From Mobula hypostoma (lineage: Eukaryota): a stretch of DNA of 64,000 bases. Position 1 is the first letter of the stretch. Each line of letters begins with the position of its first letter. Where the stretch lies: NCBI RefSeq assembly GCF_963921235.1, contig NC_086097.1, forward strand, positions 75,826,001-75,890,000. The letters run 5' to 3'. A program made the position numbers and the translations under genes. Positions 1-13,494 of this stretch are shown one piece after another. The notes under the pieces were generated by a model. That model was not told where the DNA came from, searched no databases, and saw nothing but the letters and a program-made list of their open reading frames with translations.

Positions 1-595
1 CATTTTGTCCTACGACCATCAAAACCATGAATATTCACATCACTCTATATGCGAGCAGGCATTGTAAAATTGGTCTTGTTATCCCCCTCCCCCACTTACA
101 TAATTGTTGTCTGTGTCCTCTAAATATAAAATTTATGGATTATCATTAGATATTAAGGATTGCAGGTTGTTGGAACTGAGATGCAAATTGGCAATGACTT
201 AAATGAATGGCATAACAAGCCAGAGGGCAGTAAGTTTCTGCTGTTGTACATTTTTGTTTACATGTCCTATGAGGTCAAAGAAGGAATTTAAAAGCAAGCT
301 CTAAAAATGGTTATAAATAGGCCTAAATACTTTGATTTTTTAAAAATATGTTAGACGAAGGTGACTGCTATGATTTTCCATGTTCTAAATATTGATCTTT
401 TAAATGTACTTATCAGCATTTTAACCGAAGTCAGCTGGCTTTCTTGGTGTAACATGGATTTTATTTTGAGTTTTTAGTCTCCATAGCAAAATTTAAATAA
501 TGCTTTAAATATTTAATTTGCGGTATTTATATATGAAAGATAATTCATTAATTACATGATTTCCGTTTCAATGGAAAATAATAATTTGGAAATCA

Positions 596-803
596 GAAGA
601 ATCTCAAATGCTGGAAATCTGAAATAATTTTAAAAATGGTGAAAGCAATCATCAGCTCAGGCAGCATCTTTGGAGAGAAACAGTTAGTGCTTCGGATCAA
701 AGACCCTTAATCAGGATTTCGACAGATAAATGGTCTTTAATCTGAAACATTTACTGTTCCTCTTTCACAAATGCTGGTTGACCCGAGTGTGCATCATTTT
801 CTG
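596..803. mobile_element. old PLE 3'-end remnant arranged as an inverted pair
   Basis: gcagcatctttggagagaaacagtta (661-686) is roughly complementary to ttactgttcctctttcacaaatgctg (751-776); resembles the PLE tail. Confidence 0.6.
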
Positions 804-911
804 TTGATAAAGGGTTGGGTTCTTTTATTAACCTTTTCAAATATCTTAACTGTGGGCCTATTAAATAGATTGAAATATTGAGGTCTCTTGACTTAATATG
901 TTTGCCTACAG

Positions 912-1090
912 TATATCTTTCATCTGAGCTTCAAACTGCCAGGATCATACGGTGTAAATCTCCAGTATCGAAAGCTGAAGGCAACAAAGATATTTCTCGG
1001 GAAATTAAATCTATCTTTGCAACGCTGGGCTTTCCTTATCCTGCATCAGGTGTTGCTGACGCACAGTTATTTAAACCTGTAGAGGAAAAG
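912..1090 (+). CDS. FAM98B: FAM98B coding exon (approx. exon 4), 179 nt
   Basis: cctacag|TA TAT CTT TCA...GAG GAA AAG|gtcagt; encodes YLSSELQTARII...FATLGFP...VEEK, similar to human FAM98B FLSTELQASQIL...FDTLGIP...VESK. Confidence 0.92.
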
Positions 1091-1173
1091 GTCAGTAATG
1101 CACTTGTTTTTCCTGATACCGTGTTATGCATTACTGTAGTAAGATCACTAATAAATATATTTTGTTCTCCTAG

Positions 1174-1254
1174 ATGAAAAACATTATTTCCAAAGTTCCC
1201 AAAAGTCATATGAGTCAACCATTGCTGAAGAAGACACTAAGTCCTGAACAATGG
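1174..1254 (+). CDS. FAM98B: FAM98B coding exon (approx. exon 5), 81 nt
   Basis: ttctcctag|ATG...TGG|gtaagg; MKNIISKVPKSHMSQPLLKKTLSPEQW; phase 0-0; too short for the ORF track. Confidence 0.92.
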
Positions 1255-1489
1255 GTAAGGGACTGCACTTAGGAAAGACAATACTATTTTGATTAGAATT
1301 GCTTATTTTTGAATGAAATTTGCTATAATTAACATTACAGCTATTTGGTACACAGCAGGATCTCTTAATCAGCAGTGGCATGAATGACCATCAATGGATG
1401 TATCCTGGTTTATATTGGATAAGATACTACGAATTTAAAAAATGCATCTTTTTGTGTTTTCACGGAACGGACGGTGTATAAAGAGTACG

Positions 1490-2500
1490 GGATGTACCAG
1501 TAAGAAGGAAGGGCAAGGATGGCAGGATAAAGGATCTTTAAATTGAGAGAAGTGATAAATTTAGTGAAGAAGAAAAATAAAGCATATATAAGGTTTATGA
1601 AGTTAATATCAGTTAGGGCTCTTGAGGATCATGGAATAAAACAGCTAGAAAAGGACTCAGGAAGGGAATTTGGAGAGCTGATGATAGGAACCTGTCCAAC
1701 AGATTTGAGTTTCTCGCTGCCTGTGAAGATAGGAGTAGGGACTGTAGGAAGGACGAGAAAGTGAACTGTGGCACCATGGTGCAGGAAGCCATTCAAGAGG
1801 GAGGAGAGAAGAGGAATATAGTTTTAACTGGGGATAGCATTGTCATAGGTCAAGAGTCCCAAAGGCTGTCTTGCCTGTCCGGTGCCAGGTCAGACCACCT
1901 CATCTGACCTGCATTAATGTAGATAAGTCCCGAGGGCCTGATGGGCTGTACTTCAGATTAAGAGAGATACAAGAGGTTGAGGCCTTGACCAAGATCTTGG
2001 TGTCCTCTCTAGCAACAGATGAGCTCCCAGAGAACTGGTGACTAGCTAATGTTGTTCTGTTTTTCAAGAAGGAAGATGAGGATAACTTCAGTAATTAGAA
2101 GCTAGCGAGTCTCATGTCAGTGGTAGGGAAGCTATTGAAGAGCATTCTTAAGTATTGGAAGTATGAGCATTTGGGCAACCCTGGCTCAATTAGGGATGGT
2201 GCAGGTGAAGTCATATCTTACTGATTTTTCAAGGACATGACAACGATGGTTGATGAGGGCAGAGCTGTGAATATTACCTATGTGGATTTTAGTAAGGTGT
2301 TTGACAAGGTTCCACAAGGGAAGTTCATCCAGAAGATTGAAATGCAAGTGATTCATGGCCACTTGGATGTTTGAACTTGAAATTGGCATGTCCATCGTGT
2401 AATGGTCACTGGAACTTGGCTACTACCCTATGGACCACTGGTTGGAGGACCATGACTAACGGTGTTCTGCAGGGGTTTATACTGGGATCCCTGCTGCTTG
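1490..2500 (+). mobile_element. CR1 LINE fragments (RT region)
   Basis: Decayed DKSPGPDG, W..ANVV.FFKK, DFSK.FDKVP and LG.LL motifs. Confidence 0.8.
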
Positions 2501-2533
2501 TTTGTCTCTCTGTCTCCACACACACACACACAC

Positions 2534-4096
2534 GTTTATGAACGCTGTAGAATTTTCTCTATTTCTGCATAAATATGGCCTAAAATGTGAACAGATCTTC
2601 ACTTAAGTCCTAAAGCTAGATAATGAGAACCCAATTAAATAAATAATACAAAAAACATTATACTTGTTCATTTATTTATTGAGAAAAATGATCCAATATT
2701 ATATGTATTGGGGGGAAAACAAGTATGTGAACCTCTGGGTAATGCCTTTTACAAAAACTATTTGGAGTTAGGTGTTCCAATCAATGAGATGAGATTAGAG
2801 GTATGGGTTGCCTGTCCTATAAAAAAGACACGCAAAAACTTCTCAAGAAAGATTTATTTACGTGCACCATACCTTCATCAAAACAACTTTCAGAGGACCT
2901 TAGAAGTTTTGTAGAGATGCATGAAAGTGGAAAAGGCTACAAAAGCATTTCTAAAGACCTGAGTGTTCATCAGTCCACAGTAAGAGAAATTGTCTACAAA
3001 TGGAGGAAACTCAGTACTGTTGCTACTCTCCCTAGGAGTGGACATTCTGCAAAGATCACACCAAGAGTACAATGTACAATGCTGAAGGAGGTGAAAAAGA
3101 ACCCAAGAGTAATAGCAAAAGACCGGGAGAAATCCCTAGAATCTGCTACAGTCTCTGTTCATGTATCTACTATAAGAAATATACTGAGCAAGAATGGTAT
3201 TCATGGAAGAACACCATGAATGAAACCTGTGCTCCACAAAAAAACATGCTGCACGTTGCATGTTTGCAAAAGGCCACCTGGATGTTCTACAACGCTTCTG
3301 GGACAGTGTTCTGTGGACAGATGAGATGAAGTTGAACTTTTTGACAGAAATGTTTTGCTATATTTGAAAGGAAAAGGCACTGCACACCAACACCAAAACC
3401 TCATCCCAACTGTGAAGCATGGTGGAAGGAGCATCATGGTTTGAGGACAGCTTGCAATCGTTGAGGGAACAATGCACTCACAATTGTTATCAAGACGTTT
3501 TACAGGAGAATGTCAGGGTAGCAGTCTGTCACCTGAAGCTTAATAGAAGTTGGATTATGCAACAAGACGATGCGAAAGGCAAGAGTAAATCAAAATCAGA
3601 ATGGTTTAAATAGAAGAAAATTCGTATTTTGGAATGGCTGAGTCAAAGTCCTGACCTTAATCCTATAGAAATGTTGTGGAAGGACCTGAAGCAAGCAGTT
3701 TATGCAAGGAAGCCCTCCAACATCCCAGAGTTGAAGCAGTTTTGTAAGGAGAAATGGCCTAAAATTCTTCTAAGCTGATGTGCAGGACTGATTAACAGTT
3801 ACTGGAAACATTTGGTTGAAGTTATTGCTGTATAACAGGATCACACCATTCACTGAAAAATACATACTTTATGTTTACATACTTCTACATACAAAGTTAC
3901 ATAATTTTCCCAACAAATACATGTAATATTGTATCATTTTTCCAATAAATAAACATATAATGTGTGTGTTATTTATTTAACTGGGTTGTCTTTATCTAGT
4001 TTTAGGGTTTACATGAAGCTCTGATCACCTTTCAAATCATATTTATGCAAAAATAAAGGAATTTCTACAGTGTTCACAAACTTTCTAGCACCAATG
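2534..4096 (+). mobile_element. Tc1-family DNA transposon with ~200 bp TIRs, defective transposase
   Basis: 2534-2733 is complementary to ~3895-4096; TA at 4097-4098; SKQLSEDLR...GKGYKSISK...LPRSG, VKHGGGSIMV, MQQD and SPDLNPIE motifs with stops and frameshifts; splits a CR1 that resumes at DLDE...FAD.KIG. Confidence 0.93.
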
Positions 4097-4098
4097 TA

Positions 4099-4770
4099 AG
4101 TGACTTGGATGAAAAGGTGTATGGGTGGTTTAGTAAGTTTGCAGATATACAAAGATTGGTAGCATTGTGGATACTATAGAAAATTGTGAAGGGATATACA
4201 ACTGAATATAGGTCAGTTGCAGATATGGGTGAAGAAATGGCAGATAGGGTTTAATCAAGCCAAAGGTAATGTGTTGCACTTTAGGAGATCGATGTGAAGG
4301 GACAGTAGATGGGTAATGGCAGGATCATTAACAGTGTTGATATGAAGGGACCAATACATAGTTTTATGTATTTTACTGATTTACTGCAAAAAAACATGCT
4401 TCATGACATGCGTGAATGATATAAACCCAATTCTGATATGGGTTTCTATTGTGGACTAGGAGTGCGAAGGGGGGCAGAGAACTGTATATATAACTGTTTA
4501 CACAGTACTGTAGTGGGTGCACAAATTAATAAGGTAGTAAAGAAGGTGTATGACATGCTTGCCTTTATTACTCATGGCATCAAGATCAACAGTCGGGAAG
4601 TTCTGATTGCTCCATTATAGGTAGGATGGGGAGGTTTAGGAGAAAGTGCAGAATAGGTTTACCAGAATGCCTGAATTAGATGGTATGTGCTATGAGGAGA
4701 GGTTGGATAAGCTAGGTTGTTTTCTCTGGAGCAGCTGAAGCTGGAGGTGGAACACCTGACTGACGTGTAT
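4099..4770 (+). mobile_element. CR1 continuation after the Tc1 (fragmented)
   Basis: gacttggatgaa, aagtttgcagat.caaagattgg and VQNRFTRM..L motifs. Confidence 0.75.
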
Positions 4771-5264
4771 TGTTTTTATGTATTTCAAAAATAAACATTA
4801 TTGTTAATTTTAAAAATACAAAAAAATTGTTTTACATTCATGGTCATTACATTCAGCAGTGTTTGTTTTTAAAAACCATAATACGAGGCTCCCTTGGGTG
4901 ATGCACCCTTTTATTATTTGATAGGTTCCCTCTTCCCTCTCAGCCCCTCCATGTGTAACGGTAGAAGGAGTCTTAACTGTGGTTCTAGCCCACAGAGCTA
5001 TTGATTTTCCTTAGAGACTTCTTACTGTGCTGGAAGACCAACAAGTTTTGGGCAGAATAAAAGGCATTTTTCATCAATTTAATGACCTTCCAGAAGCACT
5101 TGATGTCGGCTTCAGTGTGTGGCTCTTGGGAATAGCCTGCAGATCAGAGACTTCTCTGTTATACTGCACATCTGCTGGGAATGAACTGAAGTAAAGACAC
5201 TTGCATCCTTCTCCTTACCCTCTTTGCAAAAACTCAATCTGCAAAGAGGTGCATCTCAACACAG

Positions 5265-6155
5265 GAGACCCTTGAGGCTATGTACTAAGTCCCCTCCTTT
5301 ACTCCCTGTATACCCGTGACTGTGTTGCTACCCACAGCTCTAATCTGCTAATTAAATTTGCCGATGACACTACATTGATTGGCCTTATCTCAAACAATAA
5401 CGAGGTAGCCTACAGAGAAGAAGTCGTCTCTCTGACACAGTGTTGTCAAGAAAAAAACCTCTTCCTCAGCATCACAAAAACAAAGGAGCTGGTTGTGGAT
5501 TACAGGAGGAATGGTTAACCCCTATTGATACCAATAGGTCTGTGATTGAGAGGGTAAACAGTTTTAAGTTTCTTGGCATCCACATCACAGAGGATCTCAC
5601 GTGGTCTGTACACACCAGTTGTGTGGTGAAAAAGGCACAACAGCGCCTCTTTCACCTCAGACAGTTGAGAAAGTTCGGTATGGGCCCCCAAATCCTAAGA
5701 ACTTTTTACAGGGGCACAATTGAGAGCATCCTGACTGGCTGCATCACTGCCTGTACCTCCCTTAATCGCAGGACTCTGCAGAGAGTGGTGCGGACAGCCC
5801 AGCGCATCTGTAGTTGTGAACTTCCCATGATTCAGGACATTTACAAAGACAGATGTGATAAAAGGGCCCGAAGGATCATTGCGGACCCACGTCATCCCAG
5901 CCACAATCTATTTCAGCTACTACCATCCAGGAAATGGTACTGCAGCATAAAAGCCAGGACCAACAGGCTCTGGGTCAGCTTCTTCCACTAGGCCATCAGA
6001 CTGATGAACTCACGCTGATTTGAGTGTATTTCTATGTTACATTGACTGTTCTAATTATTATAAATTATTATGATTGCACATTTAGACGGAGATGTAAGGT
6101 AAAGATTTTTGCTCTTCGTGTATGTGAAGGATGTAAGAAATAAAGTCAATTCAAT
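5265..6155 (+). mobile_element. Rex1/Babar-like LINE, 5'-truncated
   Basis: LSPLLYSLYT.DC, KFADDTTLIGLI and KKAQQRLFHLRQLRKFG (ORF 5440-5991); tail aataaagtcaattcaat. Confidence 0.85.
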
Positions 6156-6337
6156 CCCTTCCATACTGTAGCCATCTTGAGGACAACATGTTTTGGAAAT
6201 AATTTGTCCTGTCCAGGAAGGATTGGTATTTGAAATTAGAATTGGTTTATTATTGTCCCATTTACTGAGATACGGTGAAAAGCTTGTCTTGCATATTGTA
6301 TATATAGATCAGATCATTGCACAGTGAGCTGAAGTAC

Positions 6338-7262
6338 ATAGAACCTAAAAATTTACAGCACATTACAGGCACTTTGGCCCACAATGTTGTGCCGACCATG
6401 TAACCTACTCTAGAAATGCCCTAGAATTTCCCTACTGCATAGTCCTCTATTTTCCTAAGCTCCATGTACCTATCTAAGAAGCTCTTAAAAGACCCTATTG
6501 TATCCGCTTCCACTGCCGCCGCTGGCAGTGCATTCCATGCACCCACCACCATTCTCTGTGTGAAAAGCTTACCCCTGACATCCCCTCGGTACCTATTTCC
6601 AGGCAACTTAAAACTATGCCCCCTTGTGTTAGCCATTTCAGCCCTGAGGAAAAAGCCTCTGGCTATCCACACGATCAGTGCCCCTCATCATCTTATACAC
6701 CTCTGTCAGGTCACTTCTCATCCTCTGTTGCTCCAAGGAGGAAAGGCCAAGTTCACTCAACCTGTTCTCATTAGGTACACCCTCCAATCCAGGCAACATC
6801 CTTGTAAATCTCCTCTGCACTCTCTCTATAGTATCCACATCCTTCCTGTAGTGAGGTGACCAGAACTGAACACAGTTCTCCAAATGGGGTCTGACCAAGG
6901 TCTTGTATAGCTGTAACATTACCTCATGAACTCAATACCACGGCTGATGAATGCCAACATACCATACGCCTTCTTAACAACACTGTCAACCTACACAGCC
7001 GTTTGAGTGTCCTATCGACATGGGCCTCAAAATCTCTCAGATCCTCCACACTGCCAAGAGTCTCATCATTTATATATATTCTGTCTTCAAATTGGACCTA
7101 CCAGAACGAACCACTTCACACTTATCTGGGTTCAAGTCCATTTGCCACTTCTCAGCCCAGTTCTGCATCCTATCGATGCCCTGCTGTAACCTCTGACAAC
7201 CCTCCAGACTATCTACAGCACCTCCAACCTTTGTGGTCATCAGCAAACTTAGTAACTCACCC
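6338..7262 (-). mobile_element. CR1 LINE 3' end
   Basis: ORFs 6638-6919 (LYKTLVRPHLE.CVQFWSP...ERVQRRFTRM) and 6421-6672 (TRGHSFKL...FTQR..WNALP). Confidence 0.92.
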
Positions 7263-7571
7263 CTGTGTGCAAGATTTGATCAGCTACATAAAATATTTGG
7301 TGGAGGTGATTGCTGCTAAAGGAGGCTCCATTAGTTATCAATTCAAGCATTCACTTACTTTTTTCCCGCCTGGACTGTGAATGATTAAACAATGTGTTCA
7401 GTAAAAACATGAAAAGTACAAATATTTGTGTATTATTAGTTTAGGCAGATTGTGTTTGTCTATTATTGTGACTTTGGAGATTAGACCACATTTTATGAGT
7501 AATTAATGGAGAAAATCAAGTTCACAAACCCTTTGTGGCAAAGGGTGCACGAACTGTTTCTTTCAATGATA
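7263..7571 (+). mobile_element. 3' fragment of a second Tc1-like element
   Basis: LISYIKYLVEVIAAKGGSISY transposase C-terminus followed by TIR-like sequence. Confidence 0.75.
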
Positions 7572-7934
7572 CATGTTCAAACTAGAGGATCAAAAGCACT
7601 GTAATGAATCAGCACTAGCAGGGTGCTTTAAGCAGAAAAGATATACTGGCGGTCTGGTTTTTGGAATGTTGTCTTCATGTAGTTTTGTAACCTGATCAGT
7701 GTGTGTAATATACTTAAGATACTTTTAGAGGTAGAAATATTAGAATCAATTTTATGGCATATTCTGAGAATTTAGGACAAAGGCACTGTGCCGGTTGACC
7801 ATTTTAGACAGTCTTATAATGGATCATATTTTAGGTGAAGTACAAAGTAACATTGGAACAAGATCAAGGCCCCTTGCATGACAACTTTAAGTAATATTAA
7901 TTATGGAAAAGGTTTTGGAAGCATAATACCATTA

Positions 7935-8340
7935 CAACGTTCAGAAGAATGAGTGGATTTTATTGAAAAACATAAAGTTATGACAGGGTTAGATAGGACA
8001 AAGGCAGATAAGTTGTTTCCATGGTAAGTGAGGCGAGAACAAGGGGACAGAGCTTCAAGATTTGGGGGAGTAGATTTAAGATGGAGATGAGTAGAAATTT
8101 TTTTTTCCCAGAGACTAATGAATCTGTGGAATTCTCAGCCCAGGGAAGCAGTAGAGACTACCTTGTTAAATATATTTAAGACACAAGTTAGGTAGATTTT
8201 TGCATACCAAGGAAATTTAGAATTGAGAAGAAAAGGCAGTTAGATAGAGCTGAATGCCAGGCCAGATCAGCAAAGATGTCTTGAATGGCAGAGCAGGCTT
8301 GATGGACCAAGTGGCTTACTCCTCAAACTACTTATGTTTT
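7935..8340 (+). mobile_element. CR1 3' end
   Basis: RRM..D.IE..K, RTRG.S.KI.G and FFSQR..NLWNS motifs plus a 3' stem-loop region. Confidence 0.8.
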
Positions 8341-8571
8341 TAAACCACAACTGTATCACAGGTCCCTTGAACATTACCTTAGTGGGCTACAAGTGGGATA
8401 TAAAAGTTGCATACAAAATCAGCTTGAAAATATATTCTTGTTTAAGCCAATTATTCAAACAGATTTTTTGAGCATTGCTAGGCTGAAGTGGTTTTATATA
8501 ATCTATACTCATACTAATGGATTTAATTCCATATGGATAATAATTCACTTTTGCAATATCTTTTTACACAG

Positions 8572-8688
8572 GAGAACCTTGTGGAGATAAATAAAGCTCT
8601 CACCAGTGAGTACGAGTGTCGCAGAAGGATGTTGATCAAACGTCTAGATGTGACTGTCCAGTCATTTGGCTGGTCTGACAAAGCCCAG
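8572..8688 (+). CDS. FAM98B: FAM98B coding exon (approx. exon 6), 117 nt
   Basis: tttacacag|GAG...CAG|gtaaaa; ENLVEINKALTSEYECRRRMLIKRLDVTVQSFGWSDKAQ, the FAM98 signature. Confidence 0.97.
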
Positions 8689-8841
8689 GTAAAAATCAGA
8701 GTCTGAGGCATAATGTATATAGAGGAACTGTTTACTTTGGTAGCATGACTTTTAAAACCACCCTCAATATTTGACTTCATTCCAACCTTAGATGTTAGGA
8801 ATCTTTGTTTATACGTGCAACCATAGGCTTTATTATATAGG

Positions 8842-10005
8842 AACACATGCAACATGCTGGAAGAACTCAACAGGTCAGGCAGCATCTGTGGAAGTGTAAA
8901 GATAGTTGATGTTTCAAGCAAGACCTTTTTCAGAACTAAGAAAGAAGGGGCCAGAATATATGCCAGAATATAAAGGTGGTTGGGGGGGTGATGGGGAGGC
9001 TAATTGGAAGGTGATAGGTGAAACATAAAGTGGATGGGGAAGGTAAAGGGCTGGAGAAGGAATCTGATAGGAGAGCAGAGTGGACCACAGGAGATGGGAA
9101 GGAGGAGAGGACCCAATGGGAAGTAATTGGCAGGTGAGAAGAGGGAAAAGGTCAGAATGGGGAATAGAGGAAGTGGGGAGGAGGGGTAGTTTTTTGTTTA
9201 CCAGAAGGGGATATCGATATTCATACTATCAGGTTGGAGGCTACCCAGACAGAATATGTGTTGCTCCTCCACCCTAAGGAATGCCTCGTCTTGGCACACG
9301 AGGAAGCCATGGACCGACTCATTAGAATGGGAATGGGTATTAAAATGTTTGGCCACTGGGAAGTCCCACTTTGTTGAGCAGTACCTCAATTTACAACCGG
9401 TTTCACCAATGTGGAGGAGGCGGCATGAGGAACACTGGGCATGATAGACAACTCTAGTAGATTTGTGAAGTGTTGCTTCACCTGGAAGGACAGGTGAGGG
9501 TGGTGGTGTGGGGTAGTTGTAGCAGTTGGACTGCTTGCAGGGATAAATACTGGGAGGATTTATGGGGAAAGACGAATGGACAAGGGAATCGTGGAGGAAG
9601 CGATCCCTGTTTGGGGGGTGGTTTGATGGATGAGATAAAGATATGTTTAGTGGTAGGATCCCTTTGGTGGAAGTTGCAGAGGATAATGTGTTGGATGCAG
9701 ATACCGATGGGGTGGTAGGTAAGAACAAAAGGAACTTTATCACTATTAAGGCGGCAGGAAGATGGGGTGAGCGCGGATGTACGGGAAATGGAGGAGATGC
9801 AAATGAGAGAAACATCAATAGCAGAGGGAGGGAAACCCTGTTCTTTAAAGGAGGATGACATCCATGATGTCCTGGAACTGAAAAGCTCTGTCCTGGGAAC
9901 TGATGTGCAGAGGCAAAGAAACTGAAAACGGAATAGCATTTTTATAGGAGATAGGATGGGAAAAGGTATAATCGAGATAACCATGGGAATCAGTAGGTTT
10001 ATAGA
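8842..10005 (-). mobile_element. Penelope-like element, decayed 3' portion
   Basis: ORF 9198-9818 has remnants of the GIY-YIG domain (LLHIGETG...EEQHIF.LGSLQPDSMNID); VPFVLTYHP in ORF 9478-10071. Confidence 0.88.
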
Positions 10006-10799
10006 AAGTACATAGGTGCCAAATAAATGGTAATAATGAGTCCAGGAATCCTTAACGTAGATCCTGTTCATCCCCTTGTTTAATCTTTTAACATTTTATT
10101 ATTTCATATCAGCTAGTAAAATTTTTAATGTCTTTCCAAATGAGCTGAAACGGTATGAAGGGTGCTGCTTACTTAAATACTGATCATTACCAGGCTATTC
10201 CTTTATTAGTTTGCCAGTAAATGTCTACAATATTATGCAGGCGTCTTGGTACCTCACCTTTGAGTAGGATGGGGTGGGAGATGGTAATGAAGGAGGAGGT
10301 GGGAATTTGGGAGTAGAAGTTGGTAAACTTCTCCATTACTTTAGTTGACCTTCTTAGAACAAGCTTGTTCCTTACAAAGGTAAAATTTGCTTCAATGTCA
10401 TATGAAAAATACAGTCAAAGTTGGGCAAAACAAGCACTGAGCTAAGAACATCTTTGGTGCAATGGTGCCTATTAGTTTACCTTATATCCAGAGAAAATCC
10501 ACTGAATTCTCCTCTTGCAGATCCTCAGGATTAAAGATTGCTTGTTTCCACCCTAATTCTATGGCTTTTCAGATAGATGATGAAGCCAATGTGGATCTTG
10601 TAGATCCTGCTACGGGTTGGACATGAGGTGCTTCAGTAGACAGATCTGTACGTAGCTTCAGAAGTGGTGCATTCCTTTTGCCATTTACCCAGGGCAAATG
10701 GACGTGGATTTCTCAAGGAAATCTGAAATGTGTCATGTCATTTTTGAGTAGTCATGGGCTGAAGATACCGACAGTCAGTAAGGACTCTTGGAGAAACTC

Positions 10800-11800
10800 C
10801 TTGAAACAGGCCCTCTATTAATGTTGCGGTGATGCAGTTGTTGAGCATGATACTGTTATTGTATGCCCATTAGAGCCATACATAGTGTTTAATTAGGGCC
10901 TTAATGCTTCAGAACTATATACAGGATCAGGGATCACTTTTGCCTGAAAGGGCATGAACTGTGTACTGAGTTTGAAAATCTTGACCTTAAGCACATTTTT
11001 CATTAGACGGGAAAAGATGTAATGAATACGATGGGGAATGTTATTCAGAAGTGGTCCCCAATATGGGGAAATAGTTCATATTTTCCAAGACCTTGAAAAG
11101 GCTTTTATTATCGGAAGGCAGTCTGGTACAGCTGGGCCAAGTTGGAAGAAGACTTGTGTTCTGTACTTGGGTAGTGTCTTTAAGGCCCAATCTCTCATAC
11201 TTCATTGCTTAATACTTAGCCTGTGAACATGCAAACACTGGAATTGTCTGAATTGCAGTTGTTAGTGTTAGCCTGGTTCTGGAGCAGAGACAACAAAGGC
11301 TAAACAATTTCCCTTTTGTTCTCTAGATTAAAGTCCAATTCAAGGGAAGATTGCTGGTGAAATGCAGCATTGTGAGGAAGAAGATTGAGAGAACTGCTGG
11401 GCAGTGATAGGTTCTTGATTGGTGTCAGTCACATTGAGTCTGGGTCTATTGTGGACGGACCCATTGGTTCATGTAACTGCTTGTCTGTCATGAGTAGCAG
11501 ATGTAGCATGTGGTGAATATTCCATGGGTAATTTCATGAGTAAAACTTGAGGGATGTTCCACGGTCTCTTTTGATCGACAGAGTCAAAGGCTTTACCCAG
11601 TGGAGATAAGCCTCGCTCCAAGTATGTGTGGTAGCTGGTGTGAACAGCCACCTCATTTTAAACAATTATGTGCAACAACTTTTGCTCTTTGAAAGAAGCA
11701 CAGGACCTGATGGATAGCTCTTGAGAGGATAAACCTGAGTGCTGCTCTGCAGTTGCAGCCCTGAACCAATGAAGCGTTCAACCAGAGGCAACCCTTTCTT
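10800..11800 (-). mobile_element. ancient RTE-like LINE remnant
   Basis: KAFDSVD (ORF 11469-11651) and GKLF.L-type motifs; heavily decayed, limits approximate. Confidence 0.45.
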
Positions 11801-12616
11801 TTAAACCAAGAAAAAAATTCTAAATCACTTTAGAAAGAATTAGGAAAAACCATATACTTATAGGATTTCAATTAATATTTATATTAATTACTGATAAGAG
11901 TATATAAAATATTTCTTTTCTTGTAAAGGTAATTTAATTGTGCTATGGTAATCCTTCATAGTATTAGCTGAATAATATAAATTAATGTATAATTGCCAGT
12001 TTATTGAAGTGAGCACCACAGATGAAAAATGGTCAAATGTTGAGGATATCTGGTGGAACTGTATGTGTTGCAGCCTCCACCACCCCCCACTTCCCCACTT
12101 CCCCACCCCATGAGAGACCGAATTGCCCTGCAGTAAATTATACATGTTGTTTAAATAGTTCCTCTGAAATGCTTGTTGACCTTCTGACTTCTAGATATTC
12201 CTGAATCTCCCAACTCATGATGATTAATAGCACTAATTAAAGCATTGCTTATATATTGTGCAATGTGTTGTATTAAATTAAAAGGTTGCACTGCCACTAG
12301 AAATGTACTCTATGCAGTATTCTAAAAGGCTCTTCAAGTAAGGCCAAGTGGGTAGTGCTCAGTAACAAAGAGATGATCAATTTGCTATGTTGTACTGCAG
12401 GTTCCCTAATAGTCAGTGGGAGATAGAGGAGTAGATGTGTAAGCAAATTACAAAGTGTTTACAAGAATAATAGAGCTATAGTTATAGGAATATCCATTTT
12501 CCCAATGTTATCTGTGATCACCTTAGTATGAAAGGCTTAGACTGTGTGGAAATTTTAAACTGTGTTTGAGAGAGCTTTTTGATTGTCCTATTATAGAGAG
12601 CGCAGTACTGGATTGA

Positions 12617-13302
12617 AGATGGCGGCATGCTTGGATGCAGCAGCCTCTATGGGGCCAAGGAAAGGTTTTAGTGTCTTTTTTAGATACTTTTTTATGATCG
12701 TAAGACCCTGCTAGACACTAAAACTTCAAGTACTGAAGTTCCACCCCATCAGAGAGTCAAGCTGGATGTGCAGACTTGTGTTGCCACCTGCTACAGAAGG
12801 GCATCAGAGTCAGTGTGCAAAGGTGGTGTGCAGTCTAACAGCGAGTGATTGTCTTGGATGTTTTTCTTGTGATCACAAGAACCTGTTCAACATTGGTAAT
12901 GTAGAGTACTACATGTCTGATTCACTGGTTTATTGGGAGCTGTGTGGCCTCGATTGTAGTGCGGACTAGTCCTCATGCAGCAGTGTCTCCTGTTGCAGCC
13001 ACCCAAGAGAGGTGACACTGGTGGTGGTGTGGTGTGGTATCCATGCTGGGTTGGGTGCTGGTCCCTCCCATCGGTGTTCGCTCAGTGGAAGACAAGCTGG
13101 ATTGTTTTCATCTGCAGATTACTGCAGTCTTGGGCAATATAATATATCTTTTTGTGTGACTGTTTGTTTACTGTATGTGTCTTGTGCTGTATGTGACTGT
13201 TGGTACTGTGGTTTGCACCTTATCTCTGGAGGAATGCGGTTTTGTTTGGCTGTATCTGTGGGTATTCATGTGTGATTGAATGACAATTAAACTTGAACTT
13301 GA
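12617..13302 (+). mobile_element. non-coding retroposon-like insert
   Basis: Starts aagatggcggc and ends atgacaattaaacttgaacttga (short tandem tail); GT-rich body; family not recognised. Confidence 0.5.
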
Positions 13303-13494
13303 CAAAGCCAGTTTTCATATCATCACTAAGCTTGCGGATGATGCCTCCTACATTCGCGTCCAAATCATTAATGTATGTAATGAGTATAAATAATAGAAGC
13401 TAGTAGATATCTTCATCTTTTGCCATTTGGCCAAGTGGAGATGCTGGAAATCTGAAACATAGTAAGAAATACTCAGCAATACTTAGTAAAAAAT

